A DNA stretch of 64,000 bases from Chrysomallon squamiferum (taxonomy: Eukaryota > Animalia > Mollusca). This document shows, in pieces, positions 53,163 to 64,000 of this stretch (positions are counted from its first letter, which is position 1; each line of letters opens with the position of its first letter). Both the position numbers and the translations under genes were made by a program. The stretch is taken from positions 7,440,001 to 7,504,000 of the forward strand of contig CM022675.1 of the NCBI GenBank assembly GCA_012295275.1, read 5' to 3'. Under the pieces are notes generated by a model. It did no database searches and was not told where the DNA came from. It was given only the letters and a program-made list of their open reading frames with translations.

Positions 53163-54563
53163 ACATATATATATATATATATTATTATTATATTATTATT
53201 ATTATTTTTTTGCTATGGAATATACAGTTAGTAATTCTTTACATTATTAAATTACTATTATTGTTTTCAGGTTATTTTATTTAGACCTTAGTAAATTAAT
53301 TTTTACTTTGGTTTAGAATTCTTGAGACATTATCTTCACATTATTTCCTAATTAACATCATATAAAACATTATTCCTGCCATAGCTTAATGTCTTAGAAA
53401 AAGACATTATATGCCATTGTTTTTCATTTTTACTTCTGTATTTTTTTTTTTTTTTTTAAATGTTTTAAAAATCTATATAAAAATTTATTACATGTGTTAA
53501 ACAAGTTAAAGTAACTAAGTCTTTGCTTTATCACTTACATTAAAATATCTAAATCTTTGCCATCTAATCAGTTTAATGATATTACAAACAAACAAACAAA
53601 CAAACAAACAAAAAATAAACACCAAGAAAGAAGAGGAGAAAGAAATGAGAGAAAGACATTTTTTATTTATTTATTTATTTATTTTTTTAAATAACAAAAA
53701 GACAAAAAAAAAAAAATAATAATAATAGCCTTATCTCTGCATATAATGATATCATTCTTATGGTCACTCAAGAGGCTATTTTCTTTGATGTCTATTCAGA
53801 TATCCATTTTTTGACCACTCCTGTTCAGGTGGTCACTTAATTTTGAGTTGACCACTTAAGTGACCTTTCTTTGTGCCCTTTGTTGAAGAAACATTTTAAT
53901 ATTGTGATCAGCTGTTCATTTTTTTTTTTTATATTGATGTTGTTTTGTTGTCCATGTAAAGATTTATGGATTGGATGTAGAATACTTCGAATGTGGTTGT
54001 TGTTTGTTAAACAGCCTTGCCTTCATTGATTGATTTATTTACTGTTTGTTTATTAATATATTTATTTGTTTATTTATTAATATTTGTTTGTTCATGTAAT
54101 TATTCATGTATTTGGTTTTATTTATTTAGTTATATTTATTTTATTTTAGTTTTGTTCTGTTTTGTTTTATTTTATTTATTCATTTATTTATTTATTTTAT
54201 TTATTTTAATTAATATTATTTATTTATTTATTTATTTTAATTAATATTATTTATTTATTTATTTTTTCATGTGGTTATATATTTACTTGCTTATTTAGCC
54301 ACAGATTATATGTTGATCTGTTTACTTGTTCTTCATATTTATTTGTTTATTTATTTATCTTTTTTTTATTTATTTATTTATTTATCTCTTCATCACAGTC
54401 TGTTATTGTTTACCATTGTTAATTTAATTAACTTTTATTCACTGATGTATTATATTATATTACTTTTCATTTATTTGCTTCTTAATTTGTTTAAATTTGT
54501 GTTATTTATTAATATGTTGATTACTTGTAGTGTATTATTATTTTATTTTTCTCTGTGTTTCAG

Positions 54564-54642
54564 ATCTCAGTAAATGGAATGGAGATTCTCTGTCTGATGG
54601 TCGACCGTATGGGTGAAGAATTTAAACCACACGTTAATTCAG
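54564..54642 (+). CDS. CLASP: CLASP coding exon 2: ISVNGMEILCLMVDRMGEEFKPHVNS
   Basis: Acceptor tttcAG and donor CAG|GTATGA. 79 nt, phase 0 to 1. HEAT-repeat helix similar to vertebrate CLASP (GMDIL...R...FK). Confidence 0.93.
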
Positions 54643-55639
54643 GTATGATCTGTCTCTTTGTCTGTCTCTTTGTCTCTCTGTCCATCTTCAAACACATCCA
54701 AAACATGTAACGAGATTTCAAAATTAATTCATTGATATAAAAGATGTAGTATGTCGATAATGTCTGAACCATCTTTTATATTATATACAACCCATTGTCA
54801 GAAGGTGAATTCTGAACTAATATCTGGGTTTTGGAAAACAAAACATTGTAGAATATAAAATTTACTGTCAGAGTGACATGTTGAGTGTGTTAGTTATAAA
54901 TAAATGTATAAGAAAGATGGTTTGGATCTTTAAAACAATTTTATTAAAGCGTTTTTTGTTTTTTTTGAATTGGCCCTCAGTGTTTCAGATGTTACAGATG
55001 ACATCAGTCAGGTTTGTGTTAGAGTCAAGTGTTTGACACTGGAGTAATTAATAAGTGTATGTAAGGAATGAGGGTGATTGATACATGATCCTGTTATAGT
55101 TATTTTATTTTTTTATATGAAGTAAATTTATGAGTAAACATTTGTGTCATCTGTAACATCCAAAACATTCTGTTTTTCTTTTTGTTAGTGAAATAATCCA
55201 CAAAAAAATTAGTATAAAAAAAAAAAAAAAAAAAAAAAAAAATGTTTTATCCGATATAAGCAACAGTTTTTATTTCTGGACTTAAAATTTTAGACAAAAG
55301 TAGAATTTCATGTTAAAAAGGTTTGTGTTTTTGCCACATTAGCAACATAATGTCCAAAAAAACATTTTTAGCTCAGAAAATATTTGGATAAAAACACAAA
55401 GCAGTGAATCAAAAGAAACAGTATGAATACAGACCAAAACACAAATCATAAAACAAAATTCTGCAGGATGGTTGGTTAAAGAAAGTTAGGGGGAAAAAAA
55501 TGAAATATAAGTGAGGACAATTAAAAAAAGAAAAAATTGCTGGCAGTAAGCAGAGCATGTAGCTGTATTCTGATCTACTTCAGAGTGAGACAAAGTTGTT
55601 TACTCAGCCTATTTCTTCTTTCTTCCACATCCATTTCTT

Positions 55640-56830
55640 TCACTGGATGATGTCAAAGGACTGTAATCTCTGTCTGGTAGTGGAAGCAACCCTACTTAGC
55701 CATAAAATCCAAATGACCATGAATCCTGTGTCTGTAGCTTTTAGTTGGCAAGTGTACTGCTTGCCATCATCATTCCATGTAACATCTGGAGTGATAGCAG
55801 TATGGATAAAACCAGTGGAAAAAACACTGGTGATTGTGATGATGACTCTTTGCATACTGGTTCCTTTTGACACTGTGATAGAGCTGTGTCTTTGCTGACT
55901 GGTCCAGGCAGCTGAGGATTTTTCCTATTTCTCATAGCCTGAAGATGCTGTCAACCTATCCTAGATTCTGAGGATATTTCTTTCTGATAGCTTGAAGACT
56001 GCTGCTGTTGAACAGTCTTGGCTTTTGAGGTTTAATTTTCTACCTGGCAGCTGGAAAATTGTTTCTGTTGTGCAGAAGTAACCTTGCACTTACTAACAAA
56101 CAAAAAATGTCACCAGTCTTGCAAAACCACAAGAAATAGGAAACATTGTGAGATGCAGATAAACTGGTTCCTTCTACCCTCAGACTCTGGTTATTTCTAC
56201 TGGTTGAAACTAATTGCTATAAAGTTCTTTGACACAACTCCACCATTTCAGCTGACTAACTCTGTTCCCTGCATTCACAGCTGTCTCACCTACTGTTTTG
56301 ACGATGCTCTCTACAGCATCACACAGACTTCTTCCATGCCTAGGTCTAGAATAACAGTTGTGAGAGATAGAGGAAAGATAGCTTTGAGCAGCACCTGCCT
56401 CTAAAGACCATCACTTTATTTAAACTGGAGCCAAGAATTGTCTTCATGTGATCTAACATCAGTTTAATCACACAAATGACAAAGTGTGAGCTATGATCTA
56501 CATTGTCTCTCGTGAAGAAAGTTTTGTTGGACAGTTCACTACAGCATGGTCACTTGTAGACTGGTTGCTGTGACACTTGTTGGTAACCATGGAATGTAGA
56601 CTGTGTCTGGTTATGAAGATTACAGGAAAATTAAATGTTGTGACTGCCCTACCATATGAAGTGTTTTGCAGCAAGGTCTGGTCTGTCATCTGTGATTGGA
56701 CTTGTGTCTTGACAGAGTCACCAACTCCTCATACAACAGCTCAGCACAATGCTTCATGTGACTGGTGTCAGTTCTTTTCTGAATCCTTCAATGTCCCTTA
56801 ACCAGCTCCATCACCCATCTTTTTCTGTTA
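55640..56830 (-). mobile_element. Decayed DDD-type DNA transposase relic, Sola2-like
   Basis: Collinear - strand fragments across frameshifts and stops: SCNLHNQTQSTFHGYQQVSQQPVY (~56627), FFTRDNVDHSSHFVICVIKLMLDHMKTILGSSLNKVMVF then EAGAAQ (~56519-56385), YSRPRHGRSLCDAVESIVK (~56353-56297) and RVEGT. These resemble the Q-S-x-H-W/F, SDDLxH, FSDGxAxQ and HGKxxCDG motifs I associate with Sola2 transposases. Confidence 0.6.
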
Positions 56831-56995
56831 GTTCTGAGCAGAATGCATTTTCTTGACATAAGCACACTTACAAAAGCAACAACAACAACAGGAATAGGAA
56901 TAATGTCCCTTCCCAGCAGAATCACCCATCTATTTCTGTTATGTATTCTGAACAGAATGCATTTTCTTGACAATAAGCACACTTACAAAAGCAGC
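56810..56995. repeat. ~70-bp direct duplication
   Basis: ATCACCCATCT...CAGAATGCATTTTCTTGACA(A)TAAGCACACTTACAAAAGCA at 56810 and 56921. Confidence 0.85.
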
Positions 56996-57410
56996 AGCAG
57001 AAGGAACAGTAACAACAACAACAACAACAACAGTAATAATAATAAGAAGAAGAAGTATAATAATAGTAACAATAGCAGCAATAATAATAAAGACAAATTA
57101 TATATTGAAATAAACGAACAACAACAACAACAAATGCAAAAACAGAAACGGTTCCTCCTCACATAACCACTGAACCATCAACTCTTACTCAGCCTGTTCC
57201 TGGACACATCAGATTATTCACAACACTTAATGCGCTTTCAATTAGTTACCAAGCTTTGCTTTGCATTCACTGTTTTATGACAAAATGCGTCTCTGGGGAC
57301 GCAGTTTGGAATATAACCAAAATAGAAACCAATCAGTCGTTTGCAGTTATGTTTGGCTTCTCTTGACATAAACATGATTAAGTCTTCATTGAGCTGCATT
57401 GTTAATAACA

Positions 57411-58253
57411 TTAAGGCTGAATTGTTAATATAATTAAGGCTGAATTGTTAATATAATTAAGGCTGTACTGTTAATATAATTAAGGCTGCACTGTTAATAT
57501 AATTAAGGCTGAATTGTTAATATAATTAAGGCTGTACTGTTAATATAATTAAGGCTGCATTGTTAATATAATTAAGGCTGCATTGTTAATATAATTAAGG
57601 CTGTACTGTTAATATAATTAAGGCTGAATTGTTAATATAATTAAGGCTGCATTGTTAATATAATTAAGGCTGTACTGTTAATATAATTAAGGCTGTACTG
57701 TTAATACAATTAAGGCTGAATTGTTAATATAATTAAGGCTGTACTGTTAATATAATTAAGGCTGCATTGTTAATATAATTAAGGCTGCATTGTTAATATA
57801 ATTAAGGCTGTACTGTTAATATAATTAAGGCTGAATTGTTAATATAATTAAGGCTGCATTGTTAATATAATTAAGGCTGTACTGTTAATATAATTAAGGC
57901 TGTACTGTTAATACAATTAAGGCTGCATTGTTAATATAATTAAGGCTGTACTGTTAATATAATTAAGGCTGTACTGTTAATACAATTAAGGCTGCATTGT
58001 TAATATAATTAAGGCTGCACTGTTAATACAATTACGGCTGTACTGTTAATATAATTAAGGCTGTATTGTTAATATAATTAAGGCTGTATTGTTAATATAA
58101 TTAAGGCTGTAATGTTAATATAATTAAGGATGTACTGTTAATATAATTAAGGATGTACTGTTAATATAATTAAGGCTGCATTGTTAATATAATTAAGTCT
58201 GCATTGTTAATATAATTAAGTCTGCATTGTTAATATAATTAAGTCTGCATTGT
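57411..58253. repeat. 23-bp minisatellite, ~37 copies, with higher-order repeat
   Basis: Unit TTAAGGCTG(AAT/CAT/TAC/CAC)TGTTAATATAA. Confidence 0.98.
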
Positions 58254-58562
58254 CACATGAATTAAGGCTCCATTCTACACAAAGCTGCATTGCGTGGTTA
58301 ATACACATTCTATTCATAATATATGCTGCATTGTACACACAGTTGAGGTTGCATTATATTTATAAGTAAAGGTGGTCCTGTACATAACTGAGGCTACATT
58401 TGAGAACATATCTGTATATAAATAAAGCTGCATTTACTAGTGTATGATTAAGTCTTCTCTCTATAATCAATTATGACTACGTTATACACAATGTACACAA
58501 CACTTACATATAAATACAACTACATTATACATTTATATATATCATTAAGGCAGTATTATGCA

Positions 58563-58593
<31 letters not shown>

Positions 58594-59323
58594 ATGCATA
58601 AAACTATACCTGTAAATAGAGCTACATTATTCGTGCATATATATATATAATAAGGCAATATTATACAAGTATATATATATATGCATAAATCAATAAGCTT
58701 ACCATATTATAATTAAACTATGTCATATTAAAGTTGGGGCTACAAACTACAGTGTATTTACAGTGTATTGAACTTGTAGTGATTAATAATTATCAATATC
58801 AGAGTTAATGTTGAACTCATTATTCAAAATTAAGACTTGACTATTAATGACTTTTGTAAAATGAAATAGAGAAATGGTTAAACTCTACACATATCTGAAC
58901 CTCCTCTGTTTAAAAAAGATAACTTGACAAATTGCTTCTATCTTGGGTTTATCAGTGGTTTCTGTTTTTGTTTAGATATCAAAGGTTTGCTTTATTTGTT
59001 CAGTATATAGTTATATACAAATATTTACATACCTTTATCAACATCTATATATCTCTACACATATATATACACATACACACACATATGGTTCTCAAGTATT
59101 TTAATATGTAATTTGTATAATTAAACGTACTGTAATTATTTGCATGTGTTCATTTATTACACAATGCATGTTATGCATAATTCATTTGAGAATATCTAAA
59201 GCACATAATAAAAATAATAATAATGGAAAAAAATCTATAATGCTTGTTTTTCACTGATGTTCCTGCTTTTTAAATTTTGATATGTTTTTGTACTTATATG
59301 GATAAAACCAATTGATTTTTCAG

Positions 59324-59367
59324 TTTTACCTGCTGTTATAGACAGACTGGGAGATTCCAAAGATCAG
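59324..59367 (+). CDS. CLASP: CLASP coding exon 3 (44 nt): (V)LPAVIDRLGDSKDQ
   Basis: Acceptor tttttcAG and donor CAG|GTATTT. Phase 1 to 0. Carries the hallmark TOG motif IDRLGDxK. Confidence 0.95.
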
Positions 59368-59577
59368 GTATTTTGAATATTTCAAGTAATTAATTGTATA
59401 GAATTTGAAGTTCTTTTGTGTGTGTGTGTTAGTGCATATATGTGTGGAAGAGTGTTAGATTTCTTAATCTGTTTGTGTGTGTATATATATATATTACTGT
59501 GAGAATGTGATAATTATCTCTCTTTTTTTAAGAAAGATATGTAGTGGGGGAGAGAGGTGAGAGGAGTGAGAGAAAAG

Positions 59578-59640
<63 letters not shown>

Positions 59641-59839
59641 TTTTATATCTAAGATACAGAATATAATATGTGAACATGCACAGAGTATGCTCATTTATGT
59701 GTATGTTATGAATGTGTCAGTTAAGGTCTATTTCAATGTATATGTCCATATATCTGTATGTATGTCAAATGTATGTGATATATTTGAATAGGTGAATGGA
59801 TATGAATTGGTTATCATTACTTTATTAATTTATTAAATA

Positions 59840-59891
<52 letters not shown>

Positions 59892-60409
59892 TATATTATT
59901 TATATTATTATTACTATTATTATCATTATTACTAAGTATTATTACTATTTACTTCAAATTAATAAAATTTGAACAAGACGTGAAGTAAATGAGTAGAATA
60001 ATTTCTAAATATTTATATATATTTATATATATAAAGAAGACTTAAATAGCAACAGATGTTTATGTTGGTGTGTAATGTTACTGTGACTTATCTGTAACTG
60101 ACTTAGTGCAGGAAAATCGATAGACATCAGACTCGAGGTTTTCCTGCTGGGCAATATATTAAAACACACCGATACTGTTATGAGCTTAAATTGTCTTAAC
60201 TTATGTGTCTGTTCTTTGTTAGGTTATTAGAGAGAGAGAAAGAGAGAGAGAGAGACAGAGAAGGAGGGATGGAAAAAGGAATGAGAGGGAAGGGAGAGAG
60301 AATGTGTGTGTGTGTGTGTGTGTGTGTGCATGCACGTGCATATGTTTGATAGCAGTGTATTAAAGCACTATTAGTATTATAAGCTTAAATGTTTGAAAAG
60401 AAAAAATGG

Positions 60410-60611
60410 AGATTGACACAGTTTGAGAGAGAAAGAGAGAGAGAAAGAGAGATTGACACAGAGAGATAGAAAAAGAGAGAGACAGAGAGAAAGAGAGAAT
60501 GAGAGAGAAAGAAAGAAAGAGAGATTGACACAGAGATTGAGAGAGAGATTGACACAGAGAGATAAAAAGAAAGAGAGAGACAGAGAGAAAGAAAGAGAGA
60601 TTGACACAGAG

Positions 60612-60620
<9 letters not shown>
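60410..60620. repeat. GA-rich repeat punctuated by GAGATTGACACAG
   Basis: Five gagattgacacag motifs embedded in (GA)n. Confidence 0.8.
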
Positions 60621-60646
<26 letters not shown>

Positions 60647-61112
60647 TAAAAGCAGAAAGAAGGAAAGAGAAAATGAAAGTATAACTGAATGAGAGAGAGA
60701 GGCTGTATATCTCTCCCAGTATCTCCTTTTTGTTTTATGTCTCTTTTAAAGGAAGAAAATAACTTCAAAGCTTAACAGCTTGTGATACTGATTGATGTAT
60801 CAGATAATCATTATAATAATCAAACTGTTCTTGATCTAAATCAATCCATCAATCATTTCAAAGTAGAACATGTTTTTATAAGGCAAACAATCCAGAGTAA
60901 GAAAAACCAGAATAATGTCAGAATTAGTACTTTAATAGGATTAGGCATAATAACACTTCCTATTTTAGTCCTAAGAAGGATTCCTTTCCAAGATTTGATC
61001 TTAATACCCTGTGTGTGCTGAGACTGATAGTATAAAAATAGTCATGATGGCCTGGATTTTTTAATTTTAATTTTTGTTAATTTTAATTGATAATAAAATT
61101 TAAACTGTACAT

Positions 61113-61183
<71 letters not shown>

Positions 61184-61224
61184 TTTGTTTATTTATTTAT
61201 TTATTTATTTATTTTTATTTTCAG

Positions 61225-61284
61225 GTTAGGGATCAGGCACAAGCCTTGTTGTTGAAACTCATGCTTCCAGCTTCTTCTCCTCAG
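61225..61284 (+). CDS. CLASP: CLASP coding exon 4 (60 nt): VRDQAQALLLKLMLPASSPQ
   Basis: Acceptor ttttcAG and donor CAG|GTAAGA. Phase 0 to 0. Continues the HEAT repeat. Confidence 0.95.
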
Positions 61285-61756
61285 GTAAGATTCCTTAGAA
61301 TTGATTATAATTTTAATTAAGCAGGTGACATTTTGCTGAATCTTTCTTCTTTTGGATAACTCACCTTTCAGATAAAAGTATATATCAAGGTTAAGTGATA
61401 ACGATATGCAAACTATTTGGATGTTAAATAATAGAATATCAATGACAGATGATTTAGATAATATATTATCATTATGTTAGTGATATTAAATAAAAAATAA
61501 AAAGACATAACCATACACACACATACACATATGCATATACAAACCCATGTATACACACATACATATATATGTACTATATTTTCATACATTCATACATGTA
61601 TATTTTCATATATGCACATACTTTCGTATATACATAGACATATGTACAGATAACACACATACATAGATAGTATACATATGCATATAAATATACACCTATG
61701 TACGTATGCATATAATCATACACACATACATGTACTTTGTATATTTGTTTTTACAG

Positions 61757-61848
61757 TATGTGTTTGACAGAATTACTCCAGCATTTTCTCACAAACTGTG
61801 GCATGTCAGAGAAGGAATTATGTTGTGCCTTCAGAACACACTAAACAG
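61757..61848 (+). CDS. CLASP: CLASP coding exon 5 (92 nt): YVFDRITPAFSHKLWHVREGIMLCLQNTLN(R)
   Basis: Acceptor tttacAG and donor CAG|GTAAGA. Phase 0 to 2. Contains the FxHK...REG CLASP motif. Confidence 0.95.
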
Positions 61849-62335
61849 GTAAGAACTGCATTACTGTTGTCAGTATCATCAACTACCACCACTACTACCA
61901 CAGCAACAACAACTGTCAACAACCATCACTTCAAATAAAATAATTACCTCTGCTGTAATTATTAAAATCTTTGCTGCTACTTGAACTAACTGCTACCTTC
62001 ATATGTTATTAGTACTTGTGTTTCAACAACAACAACTACAACTACTACTACTACTACTACTACTACTACCACTACTACTACTACTACTACTACAACTGAT
62101 GTTGCTGCTGCTACTGTTACTGTAACACCTACAACTACTTCGACTGTCAGTAAAAACATCAATACTACTACTGCTACTAGTACTACTACTACTACTACTA
62201 CTACCACTACTACTACCACTACTCCTACTACAACATTTAATACTACTAATGCTATTATTATTATTATTATACTGCTATTCGTACTATTACTGCAAATACT
62301 TTTATCAGTACAACTACAACTACTGTTACTACTGA

Positions 62336-62396
<61 letters not shown>

Positions 62397-62977
62397 GCTA
62401 CTACTATATTGTCATCATCATCATCATAATAACATCTTAAAATTCATCCATACGCACAATTTAACACAAATGATTAAATTTAAAATGACAAAAATTACAC
62501 CTTGATGAAATATCCGTGTAAGATGATGGCAGTTTCGAGTGTTGTCATGGAAATCAATAAACACAGACACTGTGGAACGGAATTACCAGACTTTATGGAG
62601 AGCTGGGAACTTGATTCCAAGTCTCCTGACATTTTCTCACTGGGTCAGTGTGTCCAGGTGTTACTAATCATTTTTATTAGTCTGTGCAATACACGTTTTT
62701 GTTACATAATGTTGAAGTAATGTTATTGTAGATGGATTTTTGTTGTTGTTATGACTGTTTAAAAATAAAAGTAAATGAACAAAATGAATGAAACAGAGCA
62801 ACCAAAAATAAATGATGTTTATTTATTATATTTTAATTATTACTTTAAAATTTGTAATTTTGTTTTTGCATAAAATTTAAGAATTAAAATATTCTTCAAA
62901 GTTTTTAGTACATTTTTACGTACCTAAAATTTAAGAATTAATTAAAGTATTTATTTTATTTTATTTTATTTTTTCAG

Positions 62978-63053
62978 ATATGGAGCTCGATGTTTGTCCC
63001 TCAGCAAGCTGACTCCATTTATATGTAAACTTCTAGATGATTCTACACCACAG
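62978..63053 (+). CDS. CLASP: CLASP coding exon 6 (76 nt): (R)YGARCLSLSKLTPFICKLLDDSTPQ
   Basis: Acceptor ttttcAG and donor CAG|GTAAAA. Phase 2 to 0. Contains the LSKxxPxICxLLxD motif. Confidence 0.95.
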
Positions 63054-63805
63054 GTAAAACAGTTTTATTATTGTTATTATTATTATTATTATTATTATTG
63101 TTTTTGCATTGTTGTTTTTATTTTTATTGTTGTTGCTATTATTGTTATTAGTGTTGTTAATATTAATCACTGTTATATTATTTCTATTATGATTATTATT
63201 GTTTTTATTATTATTATTTCAATAACTTTTGTTATATTATTATTATTATTATTATTAAATTAATTGCTGTTATATTATTTTTGTTTTATTTTTATTATTA
63301 TCATTACTGTTGCTATTTCTATTATTATTGTTTTTGTTATAGTTAATATAGTTATTGTTATTGTTATAGTATTATTATTATTACTGTTGTTCTTGTATAT
63401 AGATGTTTTTTTATTATTCTTATTACTCTGACTCTCAGCTCCTCTCCAACTCGATCTTCCTCTACAATTTTCTTTCTCTCTTTCTCTTTCTCATCCTCCC
63501 AAACTCTTATTCTTCCGTCTCTAACTCTTTCTCCCTCTGTTTTTTTAATTCTTTCTTGAGTCTCTCACTCATACCTGATTCTACAAATATTTACATTTAA
63601 TACCCAATATAACCTTGTATAATCATTTATTATTCAAACTCTTGAAATTCTTCTAACATCTTCTACCTTTTCGTCCTCACTACATTTTTTTTTTTTTTTT
63701 TGCTCTTTTACTCTCTTTTAACTTCAGAGACTGGTCAGTAGTCCAGACTGACCATTTTTTTATTTAGAAATAAGAATTAAAAATAATTTTTGTTTTATTT
63801 GTTAG

Positions 63806-63903
63806 GTTAGAGAAGCTGCTATTGCGACGTTGACAGAAATGTATCGTCACGTTGGCGAAAGACTTCGACAGGATCTGATGAAGAAAAATATCTCACAGGC
63901 CAG
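63806..63903 (+). CDS. CLASP: CLASP coding exon 7 (98 nt): VREAAIATLTEMYRHVGERLRQDLMKKNISQA(R); the gene continues beyond the window
   Basis: Acceptor ttgttAG and donor CAG|GTAATA. Phase 0 to 2. Contains the YRHVGERxRxDL CLASP signature. Confidence 0.96.
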
Positions 63904-64000
63904 GTAATATTTGCTTTTACATTTTAATTCTAGTGTGAATGTAACAGTAGTGTTTGTTTTTTAAAATTTTACTTACGATATACCAAATGTGAAAGATTTA

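Larger units (their letters stand above)
10956..54563 (+). other. CLASP: 43.6-kb phase-0 intron of CLASP
   Basis: GT at 10956 and AG at 54562-54563. The flanking exons join as SNYK|ISVNGMEIL, continuous with the CLASP sequence, so no coding exon is missing. Confidence 0.9.

Noticed and set aside
50400-53280. Further AG|GT ratchet candidates (CAG|GTGTCT near 50421, CAG|GTTATT near 53270)
   Set aside because: Good pyrimidine tracts but poor regenerated donors, so they are likely chance matches in T-rich DNA.
53740-54563. U4atac snRNA at the position equivalent to human RNU4ATAC
   Set aside because: No match to the U4atac 5' sequence (AACCATCCTTTTCTTGGGGT) was seen on either strand by eye. The GGTCAC/GACCAC-rich patch at 53760-53870 looks more like a MITE fragment. 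An Infernal search is needed to exclude it formally.
55596-56801. + strand ORFs of 74-106 aa as host genes or extra CLASP exons
   Set aside because: They are antisense to the transposase relic, and the CLASP exons at 54642 and 59324 already join in frame.
57411-58253. CRISPR array
   Set aside because: Head-to-tail 23-bp units with no unique spacers, no cas genes, and a eukaryotic intron context. The same applies to the 34-, 42-, 43- and 65-bp arrays.

Overview
AT-rich, microsatellite-dense eukaryotic (animal) genomic DNA. Two decayed tRNA-derived SINEs with a Meta-like core suggest a mollusc or other lophotrochozoan, but that is inference. Nearly all ORFs in the supplied track are microsatellite or minisatellite artefacts. 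Two spliced genes are on the + strand. (1) The last four exons of an unidentified coiled-coil protein (773-887, 1873-2078, 2573-2607, 3322-3602, possibly extending to 4005 through a one-base frameshift), followed by a long 3' UTR ending near AATAAA at 8045. (2) The 5' part of a CLASP (CLIP-associating protein, Orbit/MAST) gene: a CpG-containing promoter and probable non-coding first exon near 9370-9473, then seven coding exons (10779-10955, 54564-54642, 59324-59367, 61225-61284, 61757-61848, 62978-63053, 63806-63903). These splice in frame into the N-terminal TOG/HEAT domain, and the gene runs off the window. A 43.6-kb intron follows the first coding exon. It holds candidate recursive-splicing (AG|GT) sites, candidate antisense exons, enhancer-like motif clusters, SINE relics and many minisatellites. 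The next intron holds a decayed Sola2-like DDD transposase and a 23-bp satellite with higher-order structure. I found no prokaryotic-type system or CRISPR array. All homology calls are from memory of the families, not from searches.
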